In this document: positions 18,741 through 28,492 of the stretch, in pieces
How positions within the stretch are numbered: the first letter of the stretch is position 1
Layout of the letters: each line of letters starts with the position of its first letter
NCBI GenBank assembly: GCA_040905465.1
Contig: JBBDRK010000052.1
Location: 25,484-89,483, forward strand
Length of the DNA: 64,000 nt
Direction: 5' to 3'
DNA from: Trueperaceae bacterium
GTDB lineage: Bacteria; Deinococcota; Deinococci; Deinococcales; Trueperaceae
Made by a program: the position numbers and the translations under genes
Notes under the pieces: model-generated
What the model saw: the letters and a program-made list of their open reading frames with translations, nothing else
The model's database searches: none
Told to the model about the DNA's origin: nothing

Positions 18741-21032
18741 TCACGGTTGCGAATCGGTCGTCTGGCCGGCGTTTGCCTGAGGACCGGACAGGAAGGCGTC
18801 CAACTCCTCCGGGCTGACCTCACGGATCTCGACCTGCTCGAACGGCGTCTGCGAAGTGGCTCGCTCGCCGGTTCGCTTGTCAACGGCAATCTCGATCCGT
18901 ATTCCCGTTCCGAACGCCTGGCTGCTCAGGTCGGTGGCCGTGCGAAACGCGCCGCGCGTACCGGCCGAGTCGGGAGCGCCGCTGCGCAGATCGAACGGCT
19001 GAAAGGCGATGCCATCGGGCACCGGGAAGCTGTCTGCGGTTGCCCGACCGCGCAGGGCGTTGCCCACGAAATCGCGCCAGGCGTAGATCGGGTGCCGCGA
19101 CGAATTAACGGTCCGTAACTCGACGATCTCCGAGTCCATGCGCGTGGGCAGCGAGGTGCCGTTGTCGTTGCCGATCCACACGGCTGCCACCATGCCGGGG
19201 GTGGCGCCCACGAACCAGATGTCGCGATCCTCGTTGGAGGTGCCGGTCTTGCCCGCCACCCAGCGCCCCGCCATCTGCTCGTTGTCGGCGCGGTGCGAGT
19301 AACCGATGATGGAACCGCCGCGGTCCTGGTCGACCACGTTGCCGCGCAGGGCGTCCAGCATTATGTACGCCGTCTGCTCGCTCCAGACCTGCGCTTCCCG
19401 CGGGTTCGCCTGATAGAGGACGTTGCCTTCGGAGTCCTCGACCCGCTCCACGAAATGCGGCTCCACCCACACGCCGCCGTTGGCGAAGGACGCGAACGCC
19501 GACGCGTGAGTGAGCGGAGTGGCCTCGAACGAGCCCAACGCAAGCGAGTAGTACGGCTCGATGTTCTTGTAGCCGAGCTCGCGAGCCCGTTGCGCTACCG
19601 CCTCGGGTGACGCGGCCTCGAGCGCCTTTACGGCCGGAATGTTGCGCGAGTGATCGAGGTGGTACCGAACGGTTCCCGGACCTTCGAAGATGTCGTCGGC
19701 GTTCTTCGGCTCGTACGGCGGCTGGCCGCGCTGCTCGAACGACGCCGGCTCGTCCACCAGCACGGTCGCCTGGCTGAACCCGCCCTGTTCGATCGCGGTG
19801 GCGTACACCACCGGCTTGAACGAGGATCCGGGCTGACGGCGGGCCTGCGTAACCCGGTTGAACTGCTCCCGATAGGTTCCGTCGGCGCGCAACTTCTCCC
19901 CCACCATCGCCAGAACGCGTCCGGTGCCCGGCTCGATCCCGACCATGGCCAACTGGGCGCCGGGCGGCACGACGGCGCGCGCCGACGCCTGATTGGCCGC
20001 CTCCTGGGCACTGTAGTCGATGGTGGTATAGACCTTGAAGCCCCCCGAACCGAACACCACGTTCTCGCCGTAGCGGTCGGTGAGCCAGTTGCGCACGGCC
20101 AGCACCACATGGGGCGACAGGTCGGACGACACGCTGGTGCGAATCACCGGCCGCTCGCCGGTCCGCTCGGCGCTTACGACACTGCCCTCGTCGTCATACT
20201 CGACCCGCCAGCCGCGCGGCTCCAACGGCTCGAGCCAGGCGATCTCGGCTTGCGCGCGCGTGATCTGATCGCGCTCCACCATCCTGGAGAGTACCTGGCG
20301 CATAGACGCCCGCGTCTCCCGGATGTCGTTATGCCGTTCGTTGGGAGCTGGGATCAGCCGGGCCAGGTAGAGGCCCTCGGCAAGGCTCAGCTCGATCGGC
20401 TCCTTGTCGAAGTAGGCCTGGGCGGCGGAGCGGATCCCGTAGACGTTTCCGCCCCAGAAAACGACGTTTACGTAGCGCTGCAGGATCTCGGCCTTGGTCA
20501 GGCGGCGCTCGAGCTCCACCGCCAGCATCAGCTCCTTCACCTTTCGCTCCAGCGAGCGCTCGCTGCGGATCTCCTGCAAAACGGTGTTCTTGATCACCTG
20601 AGAGGTGATCGTCGAGCCGCCACGGCTGCTGGAGCCTAGAAACTCCTCGTAGGTCGCTCGGAGGAGGCCGGGAACATCGAAACCGTAGTGCTCGAAGAAC
20701 TCGTCGTCTTCGTAGGCCACGATAGCGGCCACGGCGGCCGGCGACACGTCCTCCAGCGCCACCGGGATGCGGTTGGTGGTTTCGCGTCCCTCGCCGGCCA
20801 GCGGGAGTATCTCGCCGATCAGCCGGCCGTCGCTCGAAAACACCTGCGAGGTCGAGGTGTACTCGAGGGCGTCGAGCTCGGCCAGGCCGGGAAGCTCTCC
20901 CGCCCACTTGAGCGCGGACGCGGTCAGCAGTGAAGCCACCGACAATACGACCGTCAACAGCAACACGATCAGCGCCTGGATCAGTTTCACGGTCTTCAGC
21001 TTACCAAGCGCCGCCCGAGTTCCGATATTCAC
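18741..21032 (-). CDS. Class A penicillin-binding protein (transglycosylase/transpeptidase, PBP1A family)
   Basis: N-terminal TM, YEDDEF..HYG, GGSTITSQ, RKVKE, QPGSSFKP (SxxK), SRN, KTG. Confidence 0.93.
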   Translation of the reverse strand: MNIGTRAALGKLKTVKLIQALIVLLLTVVLSVASLLTASALKWAGELPGLAELDALEYTSTSQVFSSDGRLIGEILPLAGEGRETTNRIPVALEDVSPAAVAAIVAYEDDEFFEHYGFDVPGLLRATYEEFLGSSSRGGSTITSQVIKNTVLQEIRSERSLERKVKELMLAVELERRLTKAEILQRYVNVVFWGGNVYGIRSAAQAYFDKEPIELSLAEGLYLARLIPAPNERHNDIRETRASMRQVLSRMVERDQITRAQAEIAWLEPLEPRGWRVEYDDEGSVVSAERTGERPVIRTSVSSDLSPHVVLAVRNWLTDRYGENVVFGSGGFKVYTTIDYSAQEAANQASARAVVPPGAQLAMVGIEPGTGRVLAMVGEKLRADGTYREQFNRVTQARRQPGSSFKPVVYATAIEQGGFSQATVLVDEPASFEQRGQPPYEPKNADDIFEGPGTVRYHLDHSRNIPAVKALEAASPEAVAQRARELGYKNIEPYYSLALGSFEATPLTHASAFASFANGGVWVEPHFVERVEDSEGNVLYQANPREAQVWSEQTAYIMLDALRGNVVDQDRGGSIIGYSHRADNEQMAGRWVAGKTGTSNEDRDIWFVGATPGMVAAVWIGNDNGTSLPTRMDSEIVELRTVNSSRHPIYAWRDFVGNALRGRATADSFPVPDGIAFQPFDLRSGAPDSAGTRGAFRTATDLSSQAFGTGIRIEIAVDKRTGERATSQTPFEQVEIREVSPEELDAFLSGPQANAGQTTDSQP

Positions 21033-21049
21033 CTGGCTGCCCGCCGGCC

Positions 21050-21973
21050 CTACCAGCCCCGGCTCGCCAGGAGCTCGCCCTCCGCCAGGGTGTCGATGTT
21101 TATACCGACCATCGCCTCGCCGAGGTCACGGGACACCTCGGCCAGAATCGCCGGGTCGTTGTAATGGGTGACCGACTTGACGATGGCGTTGGCGCGCTTG
21201 AACCAGGCCTGATGCTTCTTGCTCAGGTCGACCTCGCTGGCCGCCGACTTGAAGATACCCGAGCCGACGAACACGCCGTCCACTCCGAGCTGCATCATCA
21301 GGGCGGCATCGGCCGGGGTCGCTACTCCGCCGGCCGCGAAGTTGACGACCGGAAGCTTGCCGTTCTCGTGAACGTAGAGGACCAGCTCGAACGGAGCTCC
21401 GTTCTCCTTGGCGTAGGTCATGAGCTCTTCACGCGGCATGGCCTGCAGCCGCTTGATCTCGCCGATGACCGACCGGGCATGCCGCACCGCCTCGACTACG
21501 TTGCCGGTGCCTGCCTCGCCCTTGGTGCGGATCATGCTGGCGCCCTCGCCGATGCGCCGCAGCGCCTCGCCGATGTTGGTGGCGCCACAGACGAACGGCA
21601 CCTTGAACGCGTGCTTGTCGACGTGGTAACTCTCGTCGGCCGGCGTGAGCACCTCGGACTCGTCGACGAAGTCGACACCGAGCTCCTGAAGTATCTGCGC
21701 CTCCACGAAGTGCCCGATGCGAACCTTGGCCATGACAGGCACCGACACCGCTTCGATGATCTGGGTGATCATTCCCGGGTCCGACATGCGCGCCACGCCG
21801 CCTTGTGCCCGGATATCCGCCGGGACCCGCTCGAGCGCCATCACCGCAACCGCGCCCGCCTCCTCGGCGATGCGCGCCTGCTCCGCATCCACCACGTCCA
21901 TGATCACGCCGCCTTTGAACATCTCGGCGAACCCGGTTTTGACTGTGATGCTGCCTATCGCTTTTTCAGCCAT
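21050..21973 (-). CDS. pdxS: PLP synthase lyase subunit
   Basis: [53 protein letters not shown]. Confidence 0.97.
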   Translation of the reverse strand: MAEKAIGSITVKTGFAEMFKGGVIMDVVDAEQARIAEEAGAVAVMALERVPADIRAQGGVARMSDPGMITQIIEAVSVPVMAKVRIGHFVEAQILQELGVDFVDESEVLTPADESYHVDKHAFKVPFVCGATNIGEALRRIGEGASMIRTKGEAGTGNVVEAVRHARSVIGEIKRLQAMPREELMTYAKENGAPFELVLYVHENGKLPVVNFAAGGVATPADAALMMQLGVDGVFVGSGIFKSAASEVDLSKKHQAWFKRANAIVKSVTHYNDPAILAEVSRDLGEAMVGINIDTLAEGELLASRGW

Positions 21974-22101
21974 GGTCTCTCCTACCGTCCAACTCCCGGC
22001 GCCTGGAGTCAACTGTCGCGCCGCGGACGTTCTGGCTCCATTCTGCCTCAGCGGGACGGCAGCCGGTGGCCTCCAGTTTACGTTCCGGCCGACGAAGATT
22101 G

Positions 22102-23145
22102 CTATGAACGGCTGAACTCTATGAACTCGTCTAGTTTGGCCGCCGCGGCGCCGGAGTCGACCAGCTCCGAAGCACGCGCGACACCCTCCCGCAGGTCTTC
22201 GGCCCGATCGGCCAGGTAGAGCGCCGCTCCGGCGTTGAACAGCACCACGTCGCGCTTGGCGCCGCGCTCGTCGCCGCTGAGAATCGCCCTGGTGGTCACG
22301 GCGTTGGCCGCCGGATCGCCTCCGGCCAGCTCCTCCTTGGGACGGCGCGCCAGGCCCACGTCTTCCGGCACCACCGTGTACTCGCGCACCTCGCCGCCGA
22401 GCAGCAGTTCCGCGACCAGCGACTCACCCGACACCGTGAAATCGTCGAGGCCGTCGCCGTACACCACCAGTGCTCGCTCGGTGCCCAGCCCGCCCAGCAC
22501 CTGCGCGAGTTGCCTGGTCAGTTCCGGCGCGAACACCCCCATCAGCTGCCTGGTGGCGTCGGCGGGGTTGGTGAGAGGGCCGAGGCTGTTGAAGATTGTG
22601 CGTGCCTGCAGGTCCGCGCGAATCGGGGCCACGAACTTCATCGACGGGTGGTGGGTGCGGGCGTAGATGAAAGCCACGCCGGTGAGCTGCAACGACTGCG
22701 CCAGTCGCTCCGGGCTTTGCTCGAGCCGTACCCCGAGCGCCTCGAGGACGTCGGCCGAGCCCGATCTCTTGGTCACCCCGCGGTTGCCGTGCTTGGCGAC
22801 GTGTACCCCGTCGGCGGCGGCGACGAACACCGCGGTAGTGGAGATGTTGAGGCTGCTGAAGCCGGTTCCGCCGGTCCCGCAGGTGTCCAGCAGCGGGCCG
22901 TCGACGACCGGCGTCACCTTTACCGCCCGGGCACGCATCGCCTCGGCGAAACCCACTACCTCGTCGACGGTTTCGCCACGCGTGCGGAGCGCCGCCAACA
23001 GGGCGGCGGCCTGCATCTGCGACAGTTGGCCGTCCATCAGCCGTCCCATCACGTCGCGCGCCTCGTCTCGGGTGAGCGTCCGGCCGTCGAATACCGAGCC
23101 AAGCAACGGGGCGATCTCGAAGTTCTGGGATGCGGTTGGGGTCAT
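22102..23145 (-). CDS. trpD: Anthranilate phosphoribosyltransferase
   Basis: [38 protein letters not shown]. Confidence 0.96.
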   Translation of the reverse strand: MTPTASQNFEIAPLLGSVFDGRTLTRDEARDVMGRLMDGQLSQMQAAALLAALRTRGETVDEVVGFAEAMRARAVKVTPVVDGPLLDTCGTGGTGFSSLNISTTAVFVAAADGVHVAKHGNRGVTKRSGSADVLEALGVRLEQSPERLAQSLQLTGVAFIYARTHHPSMKFVAPIRADLQARTIFNSLGPLTNPADATRQLMGVFAPELTRQLAQVLGGLGTERALVVYGDGLDDFTVSGESLVAELLLGGEVREYTVVPEDVGLARRPKEELAGGDPAANAVTTRAILSGDERGAKRDVVLFNAGAALYLADRAEDLREGVARASELVDSGAAAAKLDEFIEFSRS

Positions 23146-23148
23146 GGG

Positions 23149-24000
23149 TCAAATCCTCCCGTGGTCTTCGCTTCGCCCGCCGAGTTCGTCGAGGGCGGCA
23201 TCCAGGTAGGCGCGCTCGTACCGATACGAGGGCGTGTCGACGAGCCGCCAGGCCAGTCCGAGTGGCGGATGCAACAGGACCTTCTTCAGGCCCAGCGACA
23301 GCGGGTGCACGCCGAGCCGAACGCCGAGCCGGGGATAACGCCTGGCGATATGCACGGCATTTCTACCGGCGCTGCGGGCCTTGAGCGGGTCCGCGGCCCG
23401 CATCGGATTCGCGCCGATATGGCGCACGAGCACGTCCGGCAACGAACGGAACCGGTACCCCGCTTGCCGCAGGCGGAAGCCCAGGAGCACATCCTCCAGC
23501 CCGTAACCGGTCAGCGATTCGTCGAAACCTCCGGCCCGGTCGAAGGCGGCCCGGGGCAGACTCGTGTTCATGCCGTGCAGGTTCCAGTATCTGACGCGCG
23601 CCGGTCGCATGTACTCATGGCCGCCGTCGAATTCCCAACGGATCCCGCCGACCAGTACTCCAGGACGGGTCTGCGCCTGCAGGTGTCGCTCGAGAGTATC
23701 AGGCGCCAGCAGGCAGTCGTCGTCGGAAAAGTACAGGATCGGGGCGTCGCTGAGCCTCACGCAGGCGTTGCGTCCCGGGCCGGGGCCGCGGTTTTCTTCC
23801 GACCTCACCACCTTCAGCGAAAACGCTGGTCGCACTTCACTCAGTGCCGCGGTGGTGCCGTCGTCGCTCGCGTTGTCGCAGACGATCCACTCGAACTCTT
23901 CAGGCGGCAGGCTCTGCCCTTCGAGGCTGTGCAGCTTACGCCGCAGCAAGTCGCGCCGCTGGTGCGTCACTGTGATGACGCTGACCCGCACCCGATTCAC
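23149..24000 (-). CDS. Glycosyltransferase family 2
   Basis: VSVITVT, CDNASDDGT, RNACV, FSDDD (DxD), GGFDE, YGLEDV. Confidence 0.9.
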   Translation of the reverse strand: MNRVRVSVITVTHQRRDLLRRKLHSLEGQSLPPEEFEWIVCDNASDDGTTAALSEVRPAFSLKVVRSEENRGPGPGRNACVRLSDAPILYFSDDDCLLAPDTLERHLQAQTRPGVLVGGIRWEFDGGHEYMRPARVRYWNLHGMNTSLPRAAFDRAGGFDESLTGYGLEDVLLGFRLRQAGYRFRSLPDVLVRHIGANPMRAADPLKARSAGRNAVHIARRYPRLGVRLGVHPLSLGLKKVLLHPPLGLAWRLVDTPSYRYERAYLDAALDELGGRSEDHGRI

Positions 24001-24578
24001 GTGCGCGTCGACTCCAGGAAGTTGCGCAGCATGTCGTGCCCCGATTCGGTGAGGATGCTCTCCGGGTGGAACTGCACCCCCCAGACCGGGTAGATTTCGT
24101 GCCGCATGCCCATCACCACGCGCTCACCGGCTTCCTCTACCCAGGCGTTCACCACCAGCTCCCCGGGAAGGTCACGAACTATCAGGGAGTGGTAGCGGGT
24201 GGCGGTGAGGGGCGTGGGCAGGTTGCGGAACACCCCGCTGCCGTCGTGGCTGACTGCGCTGGTCTTGCCGTGCATCACGTTGCCTGCCCGCACCACCGTG
24301 CCGCCGTAAGCCTCGGCTACCGCCTGGTGGCCCAGGCATACGCCCAGAATCGGCAATGCGTGCCCGAAACGGCGAATCAACTCGACCGAATGGCCGGCGT
24401 CCTTCGGCGTGCAGGGGCCGGGCGAAACCAGCACGGCGTCCGGCGCCAACCGCTCGATGTCGTCCAGCTCGAAGCGGTCGTTGCGCCAGACGATCACCTC
24501 GGTCTGCAGTTCACCGAGGTACTGCACCAGATTGAAGGTGAACGAATCGTAGTTGTCGATCATCAGGACGCGCTTCAT
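23997..24578 (-). CDS. trpG: Anthranilate synthase component II (glutamine amidotransferase)
   Basis: IDNYDSFT.NL, SPGP, GVCLGHQ, RYHSL, QFHPES. Confidence 0.95.
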   Translation of the reverse strand: MKRVLMIDNYDSFTFNLVQYLGELQTEVIVWRNDRFELDDIERLAPDAVLVSPGPCTPKDAGHSVELIRRFGHALPILGVCLGHQAVAEAYGGTVVRAGNVMHGKTSAVSHDGSGVFRNLPTPLTATRYHSLIVRDLPGELVVNAWVEEAGERVVMGMRHEIYPVWGVQFHPESILTESGHDMLRNFLESTRT

Positions 24579-24623
24579 GTCAGGTTCCTCGCTCCGGACC
24601 CGGCAGAACGTGCGGCGCCCATT

Positions 24624-26057
24624 TCAGCCCAACCCTTCGGTGGCCAGCTCGACCGCCTTGCGGAGCGCCGCCAGCTTGTTCAGCGACTCCTGGTATTCGA
24701 ACTCCGGGTCTGAATCGGCCACCACGCCTCCGCCGGCCTGAAGGTGCACCCGGCCCTTCGCCACCACTACTGTGCGAAGCGTGAGCGCCATGTCCATCGC
24801 GCCGGTTGCCGAGAGGTAGCCGAACGCTCCGGCGTACGGCCCACGCCGTACCGGCTCCAGCTCGTCGATTATCTCCATCGCCCGGATCTTGGGCGCTCCC
24901 GAGGCGGTACCCATCGGCAGGGTGGCCGAGAGGGCGTCGAGGGGCGTGAACTCCGGCGCCAGCTCGCCGGTCACCGTAGAGACGATGTGCATGACATGGC
25001 TGTAGCGCTCGATCCCCATCAGCTGGTCCACCTTGACAGTGCCGAACCGACACACGCGCCCGAGGTCGTTGCGACCGAGATCGACGAGCATCACGTGCTC
25101 GGCGCGCTCCTTGGCGTCGGCCAGCAGTTCCACGGCCAGCGCCGCGTCCTCTTCGGCGTCGGCACCCCGGCGTCGGGTACCGGCGATGGGCCGCGTTTCT
25201 ACCTGCTTGCCGTCGCTTCGCACCAGGCTCTCGGGACTGGAAGCCACCAGCGTGACCGGTCCCAGGTCGAGATAGCCGAGGTAAGGGCTCGGGTTCACGG
25301 TGCGAAGCGCACGGTAGATGGCGAACGGGTGGACCCCCAGGTCGGCCGACATTCGCTGACTCGGCACCACCTGGAACGCGTCGCCGGCGTGGATATAGGC
25401 GACGACCCGCTCGACAGCCGCCATGAAGCCTTCCTTGCTGAAGTTGCTGGTGAACTCGGTGAGTCGTCCGGCCCGGTCTCCCGGAACCCCAGGCAGCGGG
25501 CCGCGCAGGCGCTGGTAGGCGGCTTCCACCCGCTCGGCCGCTATCTCCTCGTCGGCGGCATTCCCCTCCTCCGCCGCCGCGACGATGAAGATCTTGCGAC
25601 GCAGGTGGTCGAAGATCACCATCACCTCGGGCTCGACGAAAAGGAGATCGGGTGTGCCCAACTCGTCGGGATTGGCGTCGGGAAGCCGCTCGTACTGCCG
25701 GATCAGGTCGTAGGCGGCGAAACCCACCGTACCTGTCCAGAAGGGCGGCAGTTCGGGGTGAGGCCCGACGTCGCGGACGGTGTTGTCCCAAAGAATACGG
25801 AGGGGATCATTCGTTTCCGTGCTCTCGCTGCCGCCCGGCCCGGTAACGGTGACCCGGGAGCCGCGAGCTTCGATCCGGCGCCGCTCGCCGCTGCCGATGA
25901 ACGAGTAGCGAGCTACCCGTTCGCCCTGCTCGACGCTCTCGAGCAGGAACGACGGGTGGCCGGCAACTTTCAGGTAGGCGGTGAGCGGAGTCTCGAGGTC
26001 GGCCAGGACCTCGCGATACACGGGCTTGACCGTGATCTTGGGTGGCGCTGCGATCAT
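24624..26057 (-). CDS. trpE: Anthranilate synthase component I
   Basis: DLETPL, LLESVE, NPSPY, SSPE, PIAGT, EHVMLVDLGRND, SGAPKIRAM, GGGVVADS. Confidence 0.96.
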   Translation of the reverse strand: MIAAPPKITVKPVYREVLADLETPLTAYLKVAGHPSFLLESVEQGERVARYSFIGSGERRRIEARGSRVTVTGPGGSESTETNDPLRILWDNTVRDVGPHPELPPFWTGTVGFAAYDLIRQYERLPDANPDELGTPDLLFVEPEVMVIFDHLRRKIFIVAAAEEGNAADEEIAAERVEAAYQRLRGPLPGVPGDRAGRLTEFTSNFSKEGFMAAVERVVAYIHAGDAFQVVPSQRMSADLGVHPFAIYRALRTVNPSPYLGYLDLGPVTLVASSPESLVRSDGKQVETRPIAGTRRRGADAEEDAALAVELLADAKERAEHVMLVDLGRNDLGRVCRFGTVKVDQLMGIERYSHVMHIVSTVTGELAPEFTPLDALSATLPMGTASGAPKIRAMEIIDELEPVRRGPYAGAFGYLSATGAMDMALTLRTVVVAKGRVHLQAGGGVVADSDPEFEYQESLNKLAALRKAVELATEGLG

Positions 26058-26085
26058 CTGTTCCTCTATTCCGGAAGGCGTTGTT

Positions 26086-26172
26086 TCAGGTGGCGCCGTC
26101 AGGGCACCGATCGATATCGGAAACGTTCCGCCATCGACCCAAAACGCCGGTCCAGGAAAATGGAGCAGTCAT
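26086..26172 (-). CDS. Putative leaderless trp leader peptide (28 aa, 2 Trp)
   Basis: TATACT box 6 nt before the ATG. MTAPFSWTGVLGRWRNVSDIDRCPDGAT ends 28 nt before trpE. Confidence 0.55.
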   Translation of the reverse strand: MTAPFSWTGVLGRWRNVSDIDRCPDGAT

Positions 26173-26268
26173 TGTTCGAGTATAACCGCGCAAGCGAGGT
26201 TCAGTCGTCGACTACGGGTCGCGCCCGAATATCGAGCCGGGCCCGGGCAATAGAAGCGGCAGCGCGCG

Positions 26269-27069
26269 CTAGCGGTCCGTTCCCTCGGGCAGGAACATGC
26301 CGATCGCATTGAAGCCGGCATCGACATAGATCGTCTCACCGGTGATTCCGCCGCCGAGTTGGTCGGAGATCAGGGCCAGGCCCAGCCCGCCGACCTCCTG
26401 CTGTTCGATGTTGCGCTTCAGCATCGACAGCCGGCCGGCTTCTCCGTACATGTCACCGAACCCGGAGATCGAACGGGCCGCGACGGTGCGCAGCGGACCG
26501 GCCGAGATCGCGTTGACCCTTATGCCCTTGGGACCGAGTTCGAACGCCAGGTAGCGCATGCTCGCCTCGAGAGCGGCCTTGGCCACACCCATCATGTTGT
26601 AGTGCGGCACGACCCGTTCCGCGGCGAGGTAGGACATCGTCACGATGCTGCCGCCGTTTCGCATGAGAGGCGCGGCGCGCTGTGCGACCGATACCAGAGA
26701 ATAGGCGCTCACGTCCATGGCGGTCTGCCAGTCCTGACGCGCGGTCTGGTGGAACGGATTGGAGAAGGTCTCGGGCGGCGCGTAAGCCAGGGAGTGCACC
26801 ACGAAGTCGAGTCCGCCCATCTCACGGTCCAGCGTGGCGAACAGCCGGTCGAGTTGATCGTCGTGCTGGACGTCGCACTCGGCGAGAAGCACATCCTTCT
26901 GACCGGCCGTGAGTTTCTCCAGGGCCGGCCGCAACCGCTCCGCCTGGTACGAATAGGCGAGGCGAGCCCCGGCCTGGGCCAGCGGTTCGGCGATAGCCCA
27001 GGCGACCGAGCGTTGATTGGTCACGCCCAAGATCAGGCCGTTCTTTCCCTGCAGATCGATGGAATACAT
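26269..27069 (-). CDS. fabI: Enoyl-ACP reductase
   Basis: GVTNQRSVAWAIA, VHSLAYAP, YNMMGVAKAALE, VNAISAGPLRT. Confidence 0.96.
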   Translation of the reverse strand: MYSIDLQGKNGLILGVTNQRSVAWAIAEPLAQAGARLAYSYQAERLRPALEKLTAGQKDVLLAECDVQHDDQLDRLFATLDREMGGLDFVVHSLAYAPPETFSNPFHQTARQDWQTAMDVSAYSLVSVAQRAAPLMRNGGSIVTMSYLAAERVVPHYNMMGVAKAALEASMRYLAFELGPKGIRVNAISAGPLRTVAARSISGFGDMYGEAGRLSMLKRNIEQQEVGGLGLALISDQLGGGITGETIYVDAGFNAIGMFLPEGTDR

Positions 27070-27147
27070 GGCTTGCTCCTAAGGGTTGAAGTCGACGGCA
27101 GTCTACCGCAGCCTTCGCCGGCGACTCCGGGCCGCCGAGAACTGCGG

Positions 27148-28197
27148 CTAGCTTTCGGCCATCAGCGCCGCGAAGCGGCCGCGCGCTTTCTCGGCCTTGC
27201 CCGGCTCGCCGCGAGATTCCCAGGTCCGCGCCAGACCGTTCCAGGCGGTCTCGCTGAACGGCTCGTGTTCGGTCATCGACTGGAAGTAGCGGGTGGCTGC
27301 CTCGAGGTCGCTCCGTTTCTGCGCCAGCTCGGCCGCGGCCTGAAGCAGCGACAGGTGCTCCGCGTGGAGTGCCTGTCGGGCCTCCTCGACCCAGGCCGAA
27401 TCGAATCCGATGAGAAAGTGGCCTCCGTAGAGGCGCACGGCCTGCTCGAATCCGTCCGGCGAGGCCGAGTCCCGGGCCTTGCGGCCCGCGGCACGGTACT
27501 GGTCGACGTCGTAGTCGATGCGGAACTCCCGTCGCAGGTAGTAGCGCCGGTTCGCCGACTCCACCAGCTCGCCGCCCATGACCTTGCGCAGCCGATAGAG
27601 CGTCGTATGGAACGAGCTCGAGGCCTTCGCTTCGGTCTTTCCCGGCCACAGCGCTTCCGCTACTTCGAAGGTAGTGACCCCGTTGCGATGCTCCAGCATG
27701 TAGAACAGCAGCTCGAGCGCCTTCAACGAGTCCCAGTCGAGACGCTTGCCGTTTCGCTCGATGAACGGGTGGCCCAGGCCGCGAGCGCGAACCGTACCCT
27801 CCAGCGGGTGACGAAGCTCCTCGATTCGCTGCAGGCGGATGCGAACGGCGTCCACCAGCTCCTGGCGTTCGAACGGCTTGGTGAGGTAGTCGTCGGCCCC
27901 GAGCGTCATCCCCTGGCGCACGTAGCTTCGGTCCTCCATCGCCGTCAGGAACAAAAACGGGATGGCGTGGAGCTCCGGGTAGGTGCGAACCCTCTTGTAG
28001 AACTCGAAACCGTCGAGACCGGGCATAGAGACGTCGGAGACTATAACGTCGGGTCGCAGGCCCTCTTCCAGTTCAGCCGCCGCGTCACGAGGATCGTCGA
28101 ACGACAGCACATTGAAGCCCGCGGCCACCAGAGTAAGCTCGATGAGCTTTAGGACCGCCGGATCATCGTCAACCACAAGGACGAGCGTGGCCGTCAT
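27148..28197 (-). CDS. Response regulator with receiver plus SARP-like wHTH/BTAD output
   Basis: VVDDD, SDVSMP, GADDYLTKP receiver; ALWP, LYRLRK, YDVD, EPFSE BTAD features. Confidence 0.88.
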   Translation of the reverse strand: MTATLVLVVDDDPAVLKLIELTLVAAGFNVLSFDDPRDAAAELEEGLRPDVIVSDVSMPGLDGFEFYKRVRTYPELHAIPFLFLTAMEDRSYVRQGMTLGADDYLTKPFERQELVDAVRIRLQRIEELRHPLEGTVRARGLGHPFIERNGKRLDWDSLKALELLFYMLEHRNGVTTFEVAEALWPGKTEAKASSSFHTTLYRLRKVMGGELVESANRRYYLRREFRIDYDVDQYRAAGRKARDSASPDGFEQAVRLYGGHFLIGFDSAWVEEARQALHAEHLSLLQAAAELAQKRSDLEAATRYFQSMTEHEPFSETAWNGLARTWESRGEPGKAEKARGRFAALMAES

Positions 28198-28258
28198 ACG
28201 AGTCATGCTAACGCGGCCCCGAACGCGTGAATATGAACTTCCCGTCCTGACGCTGCGC

Positions 28259-28453
28259 TCAGCTCCAGCTCTCGGTACGCTGGAATCGCACGAGCGCGCT
28301 GAACTCGAGCCCACCGCTCGCCAACTGGGTGGTGGCGAACTCGACGTCGACGATCAGGTCGCCTCGATCGAGCGAATCGACGAACGCGTTCATACGCTGC
28401 TCGAAGAGCTCGACCTCGTTCGCGGTCACGAGCTTGAAACGGACACTTTCCAT
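28259..28453 (-). CDS. Small hypothetical protein (64 aa)
   Basis: SD GAAGGGAG before the ATG. Globular alpha/beta-like composition. Fills the gap between GDPD and the regulator. Confidence 0.7.
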   Translation of the reverse strand: MESVRFKLVTANEVELFEQRMNAFVDSLDRGDLIVDVEFATTQLASGGLEFSALVRFQRTESWS

Positions 28454-28492
28454 GTTGATCTCCCTTCGCGAACGAGACTCGGGCTCGTTCGG

